From Candidatus Poribacteria bacterium (GTDB lineage: Bacteria > Poribacteria > WGA-4E > UBA9662): a DNA stretch of 64,000 nucleotides. Below the pieces are notes generated by a model. That model was not told where the DNA came from. It saw only the letters and a program-made list of their open reading frames with translations, and did no database searches. Positions 52,100-62,273 of this stretch are shown here, piece after piece (position 1 is the first letter of the stretch; each line of letters begins with the position of its first letter). A program made the position numbers and the translations under genes. The DNA is taken from positions 1-64,000 of the forward strand of contig JAYGDX010000279.1 in NCBI GenBank assembly GCA_046582655.1, read 5' to 3'.

Positions 52100-53563
52100 T
52101 CAGAGGTCACTAGGAATTCCATAGTTTTCCCATCTTTTGTCGACGAACTCTATCATTTCCTCTGACATCTGGATTTCTTCCGGCCACTCACGTTGGAACC
52201 CCTCTTCCGGCCATTTCTTGGTAGCGTCAATTCCCATTTTTGATCCAGCGCCAAGGAGCGGCGCAGCATGATCAAGAACATCAATGGGGCCGTCTACAAA
52301 GGTAATATCCCGTTTGGGATCGACGTTACTTCCTACACGAAACCACACTTCATCTGTATCTTGGACGTCAACATCCTTATCGACAACCACAATGATTTTA
52401 CTAAACATCAATTGCCCGAATCCCCAGAAACTGTGCATCATTTTTTTCGCTTGAAATGGGTAACGCTTATCTATTGAAATAAAAGCGAAATTATGGAAAA
52501 TGCCAAAAATGGGAAGGTTCATATCGACTAATTCTGGGAATTGGGTTTTAAGCAGTGGCAAGAAAATACGTTCAGTTGCTTTGCCCATATAATAATCTTC
52601 CATTGGTGGTTTTCCCACAATAATTGTTTGGTAAATCGGTTTCTGGCAGTGTGTAATCGCCGTTAAGTGAAAAACGGGATATTGATCGGCTGAGGAATAG
52701 TAACCCGTATGATCTCCAAATGGTCCTTCGAGACATGTTTCATTTGGATCAATATACCCCTCAAAGACAATGTCTGCGTCAGCCGGTACAGAGAGATCTA
52801 CAGTTTTACACTTTATTAATGTTACGTTGGATTTGCGTAAGAAGCCAGCGAATAGGAATTCCTCAATCCCAGTTGGGAGTGGGGCAGTTGCTGCATAAGT
52901 CATCACTGGATCTCCACCAACAGCTACAGCGACGGGCATTTGTTTTCCTGCCTGAAAATACTCACGGCAATGTTTAGCACCATCGTGGTGGATCTGCCAG
53001 TGCATAGCGAAAGTGCGGTTGTTAATTTTTTGCATGCGGTACATGCCAACGTTCCGATCGCCATGCTCAAGGCCTCTGGTGATCACTTGGGGTAATGTAA
53101 CGTACTTACCGCCGTCTTCCGGCCAGCATTTAATAATCGGAATTTTATCCAGATCGATTTGCTCTTCGGTTAATACGACTTCTTGGCAACTGCCGTTTCG
53201 TACCTGTTTGGGGGGGAATTTGGTGAGTTTGGAAAGGGTGCCGAGAATTTGGACTTTTTCAAGTATTGTCTGGGGAGGTTTGATTTTGATTAACTCCCCA
53301 ATTTCTTCGGCAATTTCCTGTATGTCTTTAACACCAAGTGCCAGTGACATTCGCTGGTACGAACCGAAGGCATTGATCAGAAGAGGGATTTCGCTGCCGG
53401 CAATGTTCTCAAATAATAATGCTGGGCCGCCATCCTTGCTTTTGCTGACCCGATCGGTTATCTCAGCGACTTCAAGTTCTGGTGAGACTTCTAATTTAAT
53501 ACGAAGAAGTTCGCCTGCCTGATCCAGTGTCTCAATAAAATCGGAAAGCCCAGTGTAAGCCAT
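52100..53563 (-). CDS. UbiD-family decarboxylase (menaquinone futalosine-pathway MqnL-like)
   Basis: NVGMYRMQ, EGPFGDHTGYY, GKPPMED, KMGIDATKKW. Confidence 0.9.
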   Translation of the reverse strand: MAYTGLSDFIETLDQAGELLRIKLEVSPELEVAEITDRVSKSKDGGPALLFENIAGSEIPLLINAFGSYQRMSLALGVKDIQEIAEEIGELIKIKPPQTILEKVQILGTLSKLTKFPPKQVRNGSCQEVVLTEEQIDLDKIPIIKCWPEDGGKYVTLPQVITRGLEHGDRNVGMYRMQKINNRTFAMHWQIHHDGAKHCREYFQAGKQMPVAVAVGGDPVMTYAATAPLPTGIEEFLFAGFLRKSNVTLIKCKTVDLSVPADADIVFEGYIDPNETCLEGPFGDHTGYYSSADQYPVFHLTAITHCQKPIYQTIIVGKPPMEDYYMGKATERIFLPLLKTQFPELVDMNLPIFGIFHNFAFISIDKRYPFQAKKMMHSFWGFGQLMFSKIIVVVDKDVDVQDTDEVWFRVGSNVDPKRDITFVDGPIDVLDHAAPLLGAGSKMGIDATKKWPEEGFQREWPEEIQMSEEMIEFVDKRWENYGIPSDL

Positions 53564-53651
53564 TTATTTCCTTACTGCGAGTTGGTATTTTATGCTGTTT
53601 GACACACGTTTAGCAGTTTTCGGGCATCAACTGAAAGGAGGTATACACCCA

Positions 53652-53915
53652 TTAGCCACCGCTAATGGCAGGAACAAAGTGGATTTCTGAATCTGGACTT
53701 ACCGTCTCACGCATACCTGCTTGTGAAAGCTCACTTCCGACATAAACAGCGATAAATGGTTTAATCCGATCGCCGTCACAAAGCCGATCTTTTACACCAG
53801 GAAAAGCTTCGTCAAAATTAAGGATAATTTCGCGGATTGTTTCGCCTTCAACGTTCACCTGATCCTGACCTGCGGTCAGGTCTTGCATAAGCGAAGGAAC
53901 TGATACAAGTGCCAT
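53652..53915 (-). CDS. MoaD/ThiS family sulfur-carrier protein
   Basis: Beta-grasp-size ORF ending PAISGG; ATG 53915. Confidence 0.88.
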   Translation of the reverse strand: MALVSVPSLMQDLTAGQDQVNVEGETIREIILNFDEAFPGVKDRLCDGDRIKPFIAVYVGSELSQAGMRETVSPDSEIHFVPAISGG

Positions 53916-53919
53916 TTTT

Positions 53920-56178
53920 TTAGATACTCCCCATGGCTTGAAGCACACGATCAGGAGACATTGGCAGTTCTGTCATTCGAACGCCGATAGCTCTTGAGAC
54001 GGCATTGGCTATAGCGGCAAGTGGGGGAACAAGAGGAACTTCACCGGCCCCTCTAACGCCGTACGGGTGTCCCGGATTCGGCACTTCAACCAGTACAGTT
54101 TCAATACTCGGCAGATCGTAGCTGGTCGGCATTCGATAATCAAGAAAACTCGCGTTTGTCATATGACCTTCATCGTTATATAAGTATCCTTCACTAAGAG
54201 CCCAACCAACTCCTTGTGCAACTCCACCTTCAACTTGTCCTTCAGCGTAGCTCGGGTGAATTGCCCTACCAACATCCTGAATGGCGGTATAGCGCAAAAT
54301 ATCGACTTTACCTGTTTCCGGATCAACTTCAAGATCGACAATGTGGGTTGCGAAACCGTTGCCAGCGCCCCCAGGACTGGCAGTTACCGACCCCACTAAT
54401 GGGCCTCCGGCAGCGGCCACTTCTTTGAAGGTCATTCGTAACGCATCACCATTTTTTTGAGCTAAGAATATTCCATCTTCAAACCGCACGTCGGAGGGTC
54501 TAAGTTCCCAATGCTTGGCAGCAACTCCTATCATTTGTGCCCTGATGTCCTCGGCCGCATTGATAGCTGCAATACCAGTTGCAAAAGTTGTACGGCTCCC
54601 GCCAGTGACACCTGTATAACCAACCGAATCCGTATCACCCACAGCAGGCATAACATCTTCTGCTGATATTCCTAACACTTCTGCTGCTTGCATGGCGATT
54701 GATGCGCGCGTTCCACCAATATCCGTGGACCCCTCGATCAGATTAATTCTGCCATCAGTATTGACATTGATGGTTACACTAGACCGGCCACCACCATTCA
54801 TCCAGAAACCTGAGGCAACGCCTCTTCCTCTTAGCTTACCATTAGGTTTTATATCAATTGATTCCGCGTAGTGGTGATGATTTTGAGCTGCTTCAACAGT
54901 TTCCAGATAACCAATCTTTGGATAAATCGGACCATCACAACGGCGGTCTCCCTCTTTGGCGCCATTGATCAGTCGAAATTCAATTGGGTCCATGTCCAAT
55001 TTTTGGCAGATTTCGTCTATAACACATTCTGATGCAAAGCAAGCATTGGGTGCTCCTGGTGCCCTGTAGGCTGAAGATTTTGGCTTATTTAATACGACAT
55101 CGTACCCATCAATTTGTAGATTGTCAATTTTATAAGGGGCGAAAATACAGAGCGATCCAGCACCAACAGCCGATCCCGGATAAGCACCCGCTTCAAAGAC
55201 TAGATGTGCTTCAGCGGCCGTGATTTTTCCCGTCGTGTCAGCACCCAATTTTACGCGAATATATGAGCCAGGTGCTGGGCCGGTTCCCTCAAAGACTTCC
55301 GTCCGTGTCATTGTCATCTTGACCGGCTTCCTAGTTTTCATAGCTAAAAGCGCGGCAATGGGTTTGATATACACTTGAACTTTCCCTCCGAAACCACCAC
55401 CAATTTCCATCGGTACAACTTTGATTTTTGAAACTGGCATTTTGAGGATTTTGGAAAGTTGGTCACGAACCCCGAATGCGCCTTGTGTACTGCACCATAC
55501 CGTCAGCTCGCCATCTTCGTTGTATTGAGCGGTAGCGTTATGGGTTTCAATATATCCTTGGTGTATTGTGGCTGTTGAAAAATCGCGTTCAACGATTACG
55601 TCTGCTGCAGCAAAACCTGTTTCTAAATCACCGTGTTTCATCTGCGAATGGCTGGCAACATTCTGTGATTGATCTCCTTTTTTTCCTATCGATTCTGTTT
55701 TTAGGGATTCATGCAGGACGGGAGCATCTGGCTCCATTGCCTGACGGACATCAAGAACCGGCTCGAGAATTTCGTAGTCTACCTCAATCATGTCGAGCGC
55801 TTCTTCAGCAGCATAAGGATCAGTTGCGGCAACAGCGGCCACCGGGTGTCCTTTATATAAAGCTTTGTCGCTGGCAAGAATATTATCGCTCAAATGTTTA
55901 AGGTTTATAACCGTTTCACCCAGTTCTGTGATAGTATCTTCGACTAATGGTAAGTCCTCTGAGGTGATTACGCATTTTATTGCTGGATGTGACGCAGCCT
56001 TACTAACATCAATCGAACTAATTCGCGCATGTGCGTACGGGCTACGCAATACTTTACCATGTAACATATCAGGAAAATGAATATCAGCACCATAGGCCGC
56101 ACGACCAGTTACTTTATCAATACCATCATGCCGAATTGGCCGTGTGCCAATTACTTTGAATTCTTTATTCTCAGCCAT
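53920..56178 (-). CDS. Xanthine dehydrogenase-family molybdopterin-binding (large) subunit
   Basis: KVTGRA, LRSPYAHA, GGGFGGK, AYRAPG, GGSRT, GQVEGG…QG, RGAGE. Confidence 0.93.
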   Translation of the reverse strand: MAENKEFKVIGTRPIRHDGIDKVTGRAAYGADIHFPDMLHGKVLRSPYAHARISSIDVSKAASHPAIKCVITSEDLPLVEDTITELGETVINLKHLSDNILASDKALYKGHPVAAVAATDPYAAEEALDMIEVDYEILEPVLDVRQAMEPDAPVLHESLKTESIGKKGDQSQNVASHSQMKHGDLETGFAAADVIVERDFSTATIHQGYIETHNATAQYNEDGELTVWCSTQGAFGVRDQLSKILKMPVSKIKVVPMEIGGGFGGKVQVYIKPIAALLAMKTRKPVKMTMTRTEVFEGTGPAPGSYIRVKLGADTTGKITAAEAHLVFEAGAYPGSAVGAGSLCIFAPYKIDNLQIDGYDVVLNKPKSSAYRAPGAPNACFASECVIDEICQKLDMDPIEFRLINGAKEGDRRCDGPIYPKIGYLETVEAAQNHHHYAESIDIKPNGKLRGRGVASGFWMNGGGRSSVTINVNTDGRINLIEGSTDIGGTRASIAMQAAEVLGISAEDVMPAVGDTDSVGYTGVTGGSRTTFATGIAAINAAEDIRAQMIGVAAKHWELRPSDVRFEDGIFLAQKNGDALRMTFKEVAAAGGPLVGSVTASPGGAGNGFATHIVDLEVDPETGKVDILRYTAIQDVGRAIHPSYAEGQVEGGVAQGVGWALSEGYLYNDEGHMTNASFLDYRMPTSYDLPSIETVLVEVPNPGHPYGVRGAGEVPLVPPLAAIANAVSRAIGVRMTELPMSPDRVLQAMGSI

Positions 56179-56665
56179 TATCAACCACCTCCGAATTCAT
56201 TGGTTTAGCTGCGTCCATTACAGCTTCAATGATTTTATGATATCCTGTGCATCGACACAAATTGCCCGCCAGCCAAAATCGGACTTCTTCCTCGTTTGGC
56301 GTTGGGTTTTGCTCAAGAAGCGCTTTGGATGACACGATAAATCCGGGTGTGCAAATACCGCATTGAAGTGCGGCGTGTTCCAGGAATTTCTGTTGGATTG
56401 GATGTAGACCTTCAGGAGTGGCGATTCCTTCAATTGTCTCGATCTGCTGGCCTTCTGCTTCGACACCAAGCACTATACAGGAATTCACAATTCGGTCACC
56501 CAAACGCACCGTGCAGGCACCACAATTACCGTTATTGCAACCTTCTTTAGATCCGGTTAAATGAAGCTCGTCTCTGAGTATCTCAAGCAGGCTTTGGCGC
56601 GGTTCACACAGGAATTCAACGCCTTCACCGTTAATCTCTGTTTGTACGTGTGTTTTTCTTGGCAT
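56171..56665 (-). CDS. Molybdenum hydroxylase 2x[2Fe-2S] small subunit
   Basis: KEGCNNGNCGACTV…SC; QCGICTPG…GNLCRCTGY. Confidence 0.95.
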   Translation of the reverse strand: MPRKTHVQTEINGEGVEFLCEPRQSLLEILRDELHLTGSKEGCNNGNCGACTVRLGDRIVNSCIVLGVEAEGQQIETIEGIATPEGLHPIQQKFLEHAALQCGICTPGFIVSSKALLEQNPTPNEEEVRFWLAGNLCRCTGYHKIIEAVMDAAKPMNSEVVDNG

Positions 56666-57543
56666 TATTCAGTCTCCTTCACTCTATTTACAGCGCCATT
56701 TAGTGCCCGACGTGTAAGTACGCCCACAAGATGTTTCCTTTGGTTTGCCGTTCCTCGCATATCGCTGATTGGTCGAGCAATTGCTTGGGCGGCTTCTGCT
56801 GCTTGATTGATAATTTCGTCGGAGATTCCCTGACCGGAAAGCAAATTACCTGCCTCTTCCGCATAAAGAGGCGTTGGGGCTACCGCACCCAGTGCGACAT
56901 GCGCGGATACAAATGATTTGTGATTCTCATCTAAAACCACTGATGCGCCAACACCAACAACAGCAATGTCCATCTCATTTCGTGGGATAAACCGCAAATA
57001 AAAGCTGCTGGAGTTCTTCTCAGGTACCGGAATCTTAATTGAGGTTAAGAACTCACCGTTTCCCATTGCCGTTTGACCGGGAGCAGTACAGAAATCCTTA
57101 GCTGCAACCTCGCGGGTTCCGCTTGGCCCCGCAATCACACAGATCGCATTCAGTACAATCAGCGCTGGTATTGAATCGGCGGCTGGTGAAGCATTACATA
57201 AATTCCCACCAACGCTTGCCCGGCCTTGAATTTGGATTCCACCGATGATCGAGACAGCATCGATTAAGCCAGGGTATGTAGATTTGATATCTGGATTGTT
57301 ATAGATTTTATAACAGGGTGTGGACGCGCCAAGCACCAAACCGTCAGTTGCACTGTATGAAATTTCGTTGACTTCGGGAATTTGCTTGACATCAACCATC
57401 AGTTCTAAACTTCGGCGTTTTTCGCGAACTTGAACGATGAGATCTGTTCCACCGCTTAATACCCGAGCTTGATCTCCTTTCTCTGAAAGCAGATCAATTG
57501 TTTCACTGATACTTTTTGCTGCAACATATTTAAAGGCTTGCAA
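56665..57543 (-). CDS. Molybdenum hydroxylase FAD-binding medium subunit
   Basis: SGGTDL, ASVGGNLCNASPAAD, PISDMRGT. Confidence 0.93.
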   Translation of the reverse strand: MQAFKYVAAKSISETIDLLSEKGDQARVLSGGTDLIVQVREKRRSLELMVDVKQIPEVNEISYSATDGLVLGASTPCYKIYNNPDIKSTYPGLIDAVSIIGGIQIQGRASVGGNLCNASPAADSIPALIVLNAICVIAGPSGTREVAAKDFCTAPGQTAMGNGEFLTSIKIPVPEKNSSSFYLRFIPRNEMDIAVVGVGASVVLDENHKSFVSAHVALGAVAPTPLYAEEAGNLLSGQGISDEIINQAAEAAQAIARPISDMRGTANQRKHLVGVLTRRALNGAVNRVKETE

Positions 57544-57616
57544 AGTTCTTTTCCTTAATAGTTTTAATGTAGAGTTTTGCTTGCTAATTGTATCTTAGTG
57601 AGAATTCAATCATATG

Positions 57617-58117
57617 TCAAACCAAAAGATCACTGTATGAGACAGGTACTAGATCCTCTTCAACAATCTTAAGAGTGTCTTTGACATGATTATGTTCTAA
57701 CCAAGCTGATGTTTCTGTTTGATTTCGTAGGACCGTTTCCAACTCAATGAAATCACCTAATCCGGAAACGTGATCTAGGTGGACTCGTGTATTGCCAAAC
57801 CACCACAAATCTCGAGTTTTTTCAACAATAACCTTTGTACCAAGGGCGCTTGATAGAATCAGTTTGAACGAATCTAAGTCATGAATTTGGCAGATGTGGT
57901 AATCACTGTAACAAGATTCAGCTGTATCACAACGATGATAGTAGATTAGGCTGGCGAAATCTGAGCCTTCCTCGCGAAGTTTGAGCCTGCCCTCAGGCGC
58001 ATTAAAATAGGTGTCAACTTGGCACATTTTTTTCTCGTGTGTCGCCCCGAGTCCAACTAAATTTTGGATTGCTAGCTCTGGTGATATACATTTCGCTTTC
58101 ACTTCTAAGTTTTTCAT
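57617..58117 (-). CDS. CYTH-domain protein (class IV adenylate cyclase-like)
   Basis: NLEVKA (ExK), QVDTYF, RLKLR, KTR, HLDHVSGLGDFIELE. Confidence 0.88.
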   Translation of the reverse strand: MKNLEVKAKCISPELAIQNLVGLGATHEKKMCQVDTYFNAPEGRLKLREEGSDFASLIYYHRCDTAESCYSDYHICQIHDLDSFKLILSSALGTKVIVEKTRDLWWFGNTRVHLDHVSGLGDFIELETVLRNQTETSAWLEHNHVKDTLKIVEEDLVPVSYSDLLV

Positions 58118-58172
58118 CTTTTAGGCACGATGACATATAATTTTCGATAGCTACAGCATGATTTTGGATATT

Positions 58173-59435
58173 CTAAGTTAGATACCCACGTAACTCAGTC
58201 GCTTTTGCAACACGCTGGACACCAACCATGAATGCTGCTGTACGCAGTGAGACACCTTTGTTTTTATGGATTTCAAAGACATTCTTATAAGCTTTAACCA
58301 GCATTTCCTTCATTTCCTTGTTCACTCGATTAATATCCCATTTGAACTGTTGAATGTTTTGTACCCACTCGAAGTATGAAACGATAACACCACCGGCATT
58401 AACCAAAATGTCGGGAAAGACTGGAATACCCCTATCGGCTAAAACCTGTTCTCCTGACATGGTTGTAGGGTAATTTGCTGCCTCAAAGATTGCCGATGCC
58501 TGAATTCGGTTGGCATTTTCCTCAGTAATTACTCCGCCGATGGCAGCTGGTATCAGAATATCACATTCAAGTTCAAGTATCTCTTGATTAGATATCTGAT
58601 CAGCATCCCTGTAATCTTTCAGCGGTCGGCGTTCAACAGCATATTGAAATAACTGTTGTATTGGTAACCCATTTGGATTATATATCCCACCATAATAATC
58701 GCTGATGGCAATAATTTTGGCTCCCATTTGTGTAAGATACAACGCTGCGTGGGAGCCAACGTTCCCAAAACCATGAATAACAACTTTATCAAAGGATAAA
58801 TTAAAATCGATTGTGGCTTCGGCGATTATTATTGATGTTCCATGACCTGTGGCTTCATTGCGGCCGATGGAACCACCCAATTCAATGGGCTTGCCGGTGA
58901 CGATTTCCGGAGTATGGCCGTATCGTTTGCCGTATTCATCCATCATCCAAGCCATTACTTGAGCGTCAGTACCCATATCTGGCGCAGGTATATCTCGTTG
59001 TGGCCCCAAAATGAGCGAAATTTTACGGGTGAAAATTCTGGTTAGCCGTTCTAATTCATTTGTTTCAAGATCCAAGGCATTACACGTAACACCACCTTTA
59101 GCACCTCCGAACGGTATATCAGCTAGTGCTGTTTTCCAGGTCATCAAGGCGGCAAGGGCTCGAATATCTTCTAAATCGGCAGTGGAATGAAATCGAATGC
59201 CTCCTTTGTATGGACCGCGAGATCCATTATGCTGGACACGATAACCGGTGTACAAATCAAGGTGGCCATCATTTCGACGTAGCGGAACTTCAACGATAAT
59301 CTCACGATACGGTTTAATCAGCGTCTGGCAGATTTCTTCAGATAAACCAAGTTGTTCAGCCGCGCCATCAAAAAAATAGTTTACAGTATCTGTTGGGGAC
59401 TCTTTTCTCTTTTCGTTTGGGTTTGGGTTTGGCAT
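58173..59435 (-). CDS. gdhA: Glu/Leu/Phe/Val dehydrogenase (glutamate dehydrogenase)
   Basis: RGPYKGGIRF, MTWK, GGAKGG, DIPAPD, GFGNVG, NAGGVIVSYFEW. Confidence 0.9.
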   Translation of the reverse strand: MPNPNPNEKRKESPTDTVNYFFDGAAEQLGLSEEICQTLIKPYREIIVEVPLRRNDGHLDLYTGYRVQHNGSRGPYKGGIRFHSTADLEDIRALAALMTWKTALADIPFGGAKGGVTCNALDLETNELERLTRIFTRKISLILGPQRDIPAPDMGTDAQVMAWMMDEYGKRYGHTPEIVTGKPIELGGSIGRNEATGHGTSIIIAEATIDFNLSFDKVVIHGFGNVGSHAALYLTQMGAKIIAISDYYGGIYNPNGLPIQQLFQYAVERRPLKDYRDADQISNQEILELECDILIPAAIGGVITEENANRIQASAIFEAANYPTTMSGEQVLADRGIPVFPDILVNAGGVIVSYFEWVQNIQQFKWDINRVNKEMKEMLVKAYKNVFEIHKNKGVSLRTAAFMVGVQRVAKATELRGYLT

Positions 59436-59487
59436 AGGTAATCTTCAGTTATAATTATCTTAACATAAATATGCATGACATAGATTT

Positions 59488-59516
59488 ATTTTACAATTTC
59501 CGCTGATTCCTGTCAA
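59488..59516 (-). promoter_or_regulatory. sigma70 promoter of gdhA
   Basis: Minus strand TTGACA-N17-TAAAAT. Confidence 0.7.
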
Positions 59517-59631
59517 TTTTAAACCCTTTGAAAATTGATTCGCATGCTAGAAACCCAGATTATGATTTGTCAAACTTAGGGATACAAAAAACTAAATAGG
59601 TTTTATTTAAGGTGATTTAGTGCGGCAATTC

Positions 59632-62119
59632 TCAGTTGCTGTTGAAGTAACCAGCTTCAACCACACCATCAAATCCTTCGGTTAAAACATCAATTCCAAA
59701 TATAGCGTAATCAGGACACGAAACACCGGAAATGAAATATCGTGCCTGTTGACTGGCTTGAATCATTTTCTCAGTTGTCATTCCGATTACACCGACTAAG
59801 TTCTCATCCGTATCAAATCGGGGATAGGTGAAAAATACGCCGTAATCGTCTTCATATTGGAGTTGGCCGAACTTGATAATGTTATGCTTAACTTGGATCG
59901 GTGACGTTACTAAAAGTTGATCAAACACAGAATTGATATCAGCGTGGCCGTACAATATTAGACCTCTTGCATAAGTAGTAAAACTCACCAGAATTCTATA
60001 GCCGAGAGGCACCTAAATTCATTGAATACGTGGGCTTAAAAATCTCCGAACTTTTATTTCTTTGACTTATGCAAGAGGTCTATTATGTTCTGATTAGGGA
60101 ATTGATCGAGGTTGAAGTCTTTGTCTGAAATGATTTGCACGTTGCCGTTGCCACGGTACCATCACGCCTGCTGGTCATAACGTACCTTGGCTATCAAAGC
60201 ATGGTTTTCTTTGTCAGAACCATTGGTGTCGTAGACCCAGACCATGTTTTTGTTGAATGCTTGTTTAAAGGGACCGTTCCGGTGTGTACCCTTTAGTAAC
60301 AGATCTGGATCTCCAGTTAGAATCCATTGTCCCTCTGTGGTACGAACAAGGTTGGTCCGTAGGTCTTTCTGAACGGTGATTTCAGTATTGTCAATGTTCA
60401 GTTTCACTTCTTTTTGTGGCATAATGTCTTTTAGATTCAGTTGCAGTCGCGCAGTATTTTCGGTTTTAATTTTGATCTGCCCTCGTCGTAAGCATCTGCC
60501 TGTATGCTACTGAGTTCCTCAGGGGTGATTTGCGAGTGGATAGTAGCCCAGGCATAAGTCGACGATATCGATGGATTTGGTGTTTTGAATCGAATTGAAA
60601 GTGGGGACATAGGATTTGGGTGACGGCGGAAGAATTCTATCATCGGTTGCCAATCCACTGATTCGTTTCCAAACCAGTGGCCTGCGTCTGTCTTCTCATG
60701 ATAAATAAAGTTTTGATGGAATTTTTCAAGTTTTGCAACAATTTTGTGTGATTCTGTTGCTGGGACGTTGCTGTCCTTCTCTCCATGCAAGATGTAGATG
60801 GGTAAGTGGGTATAGTTTTCAACCATTCCGAAGACGTCGTTTTCCAGGTCAGATGAGGCAAACGGTGTATTGCTTAGATCTATTTTCCCATAGATGACGT
60901 CGCGATAGGAAGCGAAGGTAATCCAGCCCGCTGCTGGCCCAAGTGCGGCGGATTTTGATGGGTATAGCGCACCGATATACCAAGTCCCGCGCCCTCCCAT
61001 CAAGTGTCCGGTCAAATAGATATGTCTTGGGTCAATCTGATGTTGATTGATGACTAGATTAAGCGTCTCAAGGGCATCTAACCGTCCCCATTCTTGCCAG
61101 TCAAAACCATAAGGCCGGTGGTTGGTTGGTGCGATACAGAACGCTTTGGTTTTGGCTTGATAGCACGCTGCTTGACCGGTAGCTTCAACGGCTGCACCGT
61201 GAAGGGAAAGGTAAAGGGCATATGATTTTTTCGGATCGAAATTTCTAGGAGGCACAACGGCAAAGTATTGAGTGGATCCATCGATTTCCGATTTTTTAGT
61301 GGCGCGATATTGATGTCCTTTTGCTCGAACAGATAAAGCGAGGCTGACCGCCGTGGTGGAGTTGTTGTTCGAACCATCTTGATGAAGTAGGGTAATTACC
61401 AAGCTGTGTTGTCCGACATCGTTGAGTTCATTTCCCCTTGGTTGGCGTAGTTGTTTCATGGGGAAAGCGGGCTTTGCTAGGGCGTAGGGTAACAACGGAT
61501 TCAGTTCAATTTCGGTTTTCTCAAACACCTCGTCGTCACCAAATTCAAGTCTAACATTTTTAAGAACTCGATCAGTATGGTTCAAAACCACCACCGCACC
61601 GTAACTGTCGATTAACGTGTCCTGACGCAAATCTGGAAAAAGCATGTCCCGAGGATTAATTGAGCAGGTTTCTTCAGTACGAATGAGTTTCAACTTGAAT
61701 GCCCCACGTACTACTCGTACAAGAAACTTGTTTTTTCCCTTTTTTAAAGGGATTACCAAGTGAAGAAGTCCAGCTGAATAGAAGTCACCGAAAAACCGAT
61801 CGCCGTTGACGAAAATCGAGTGGAATCCTTGGCCCTGCAGAAACACCGTTTGAGGCTATTCTGATTCATATTCACAATACGCCCATCCGTCACGAAAAAA
61901 TTTGTATTGACATGGCCATCTTCATTGGCAGTTGCCGTTTCCTTACCATTTGGGTGTGAAATTGGAGTTCTCCATGACTTGAAGTAGTACAGGATCTTTT
62001 ACAAACAATAATCGTCCACTAGTTTCCTGATGCGCAGCGACTTGCCATATTTGAGGCTGTTTGATTTCTGGACTTTGGGTTGTAACAGCCAATGTCAGGT
62101 AGGTGAGTAAGGTCATCAT
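59632..62119 (-). pseudogene. Secreted prolyl-oligopeptidase/esterase-like alpha/beta hydrolase pseudogene
   Basis: LHGA, YGFDW…GRLD, GHLMGG (Ser lost), LHGEKD, GHW; several frameshifts, internal TAG and TGA stops, and a MITE insertion. Confidence 0.85.
59961..60080. mobile_element. 120-bp non-autonomous MITE
   Basis: Perfect TIRs GACCTCTTGCATAAGT / ACTTATGCAAGAGGTC flanked by TATTA duplication; removal restores the reading frame …NQNIILYGHAD. Confidence 0.92.
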
Positions 62120-62273
62120 GGTATTTTTTCCTCAAATGTTAACGTAGTTTTCATTGGAGTTGTATTTCATACTACCAGATCTCTGTGATGGTTTACTAAA
62201 TTGATTGTCCGCTTTTTTTGGTTTTCAAAGTAACGATTGTATTAGGCTTAGTATGATATTTTCTTCCTTGATT

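Noticed and set aside
53920..57543. Aerobic CO dehydrogenase (coxMSL)
   Set aside because: Lacks the AYxCSFR Cu-binding loop and accessory cox genes
52100..57543. UbiD + Mo enzyme as an anaerobic aromatic (phenol/4-hydroxybenzoyl-CoA) pathway
   Set aside because: UbiD looks like the menaquinone-pathway type; the FAD subunit lacks the [4Fe-4S] insert of HcrB; no CoA ligase nearby
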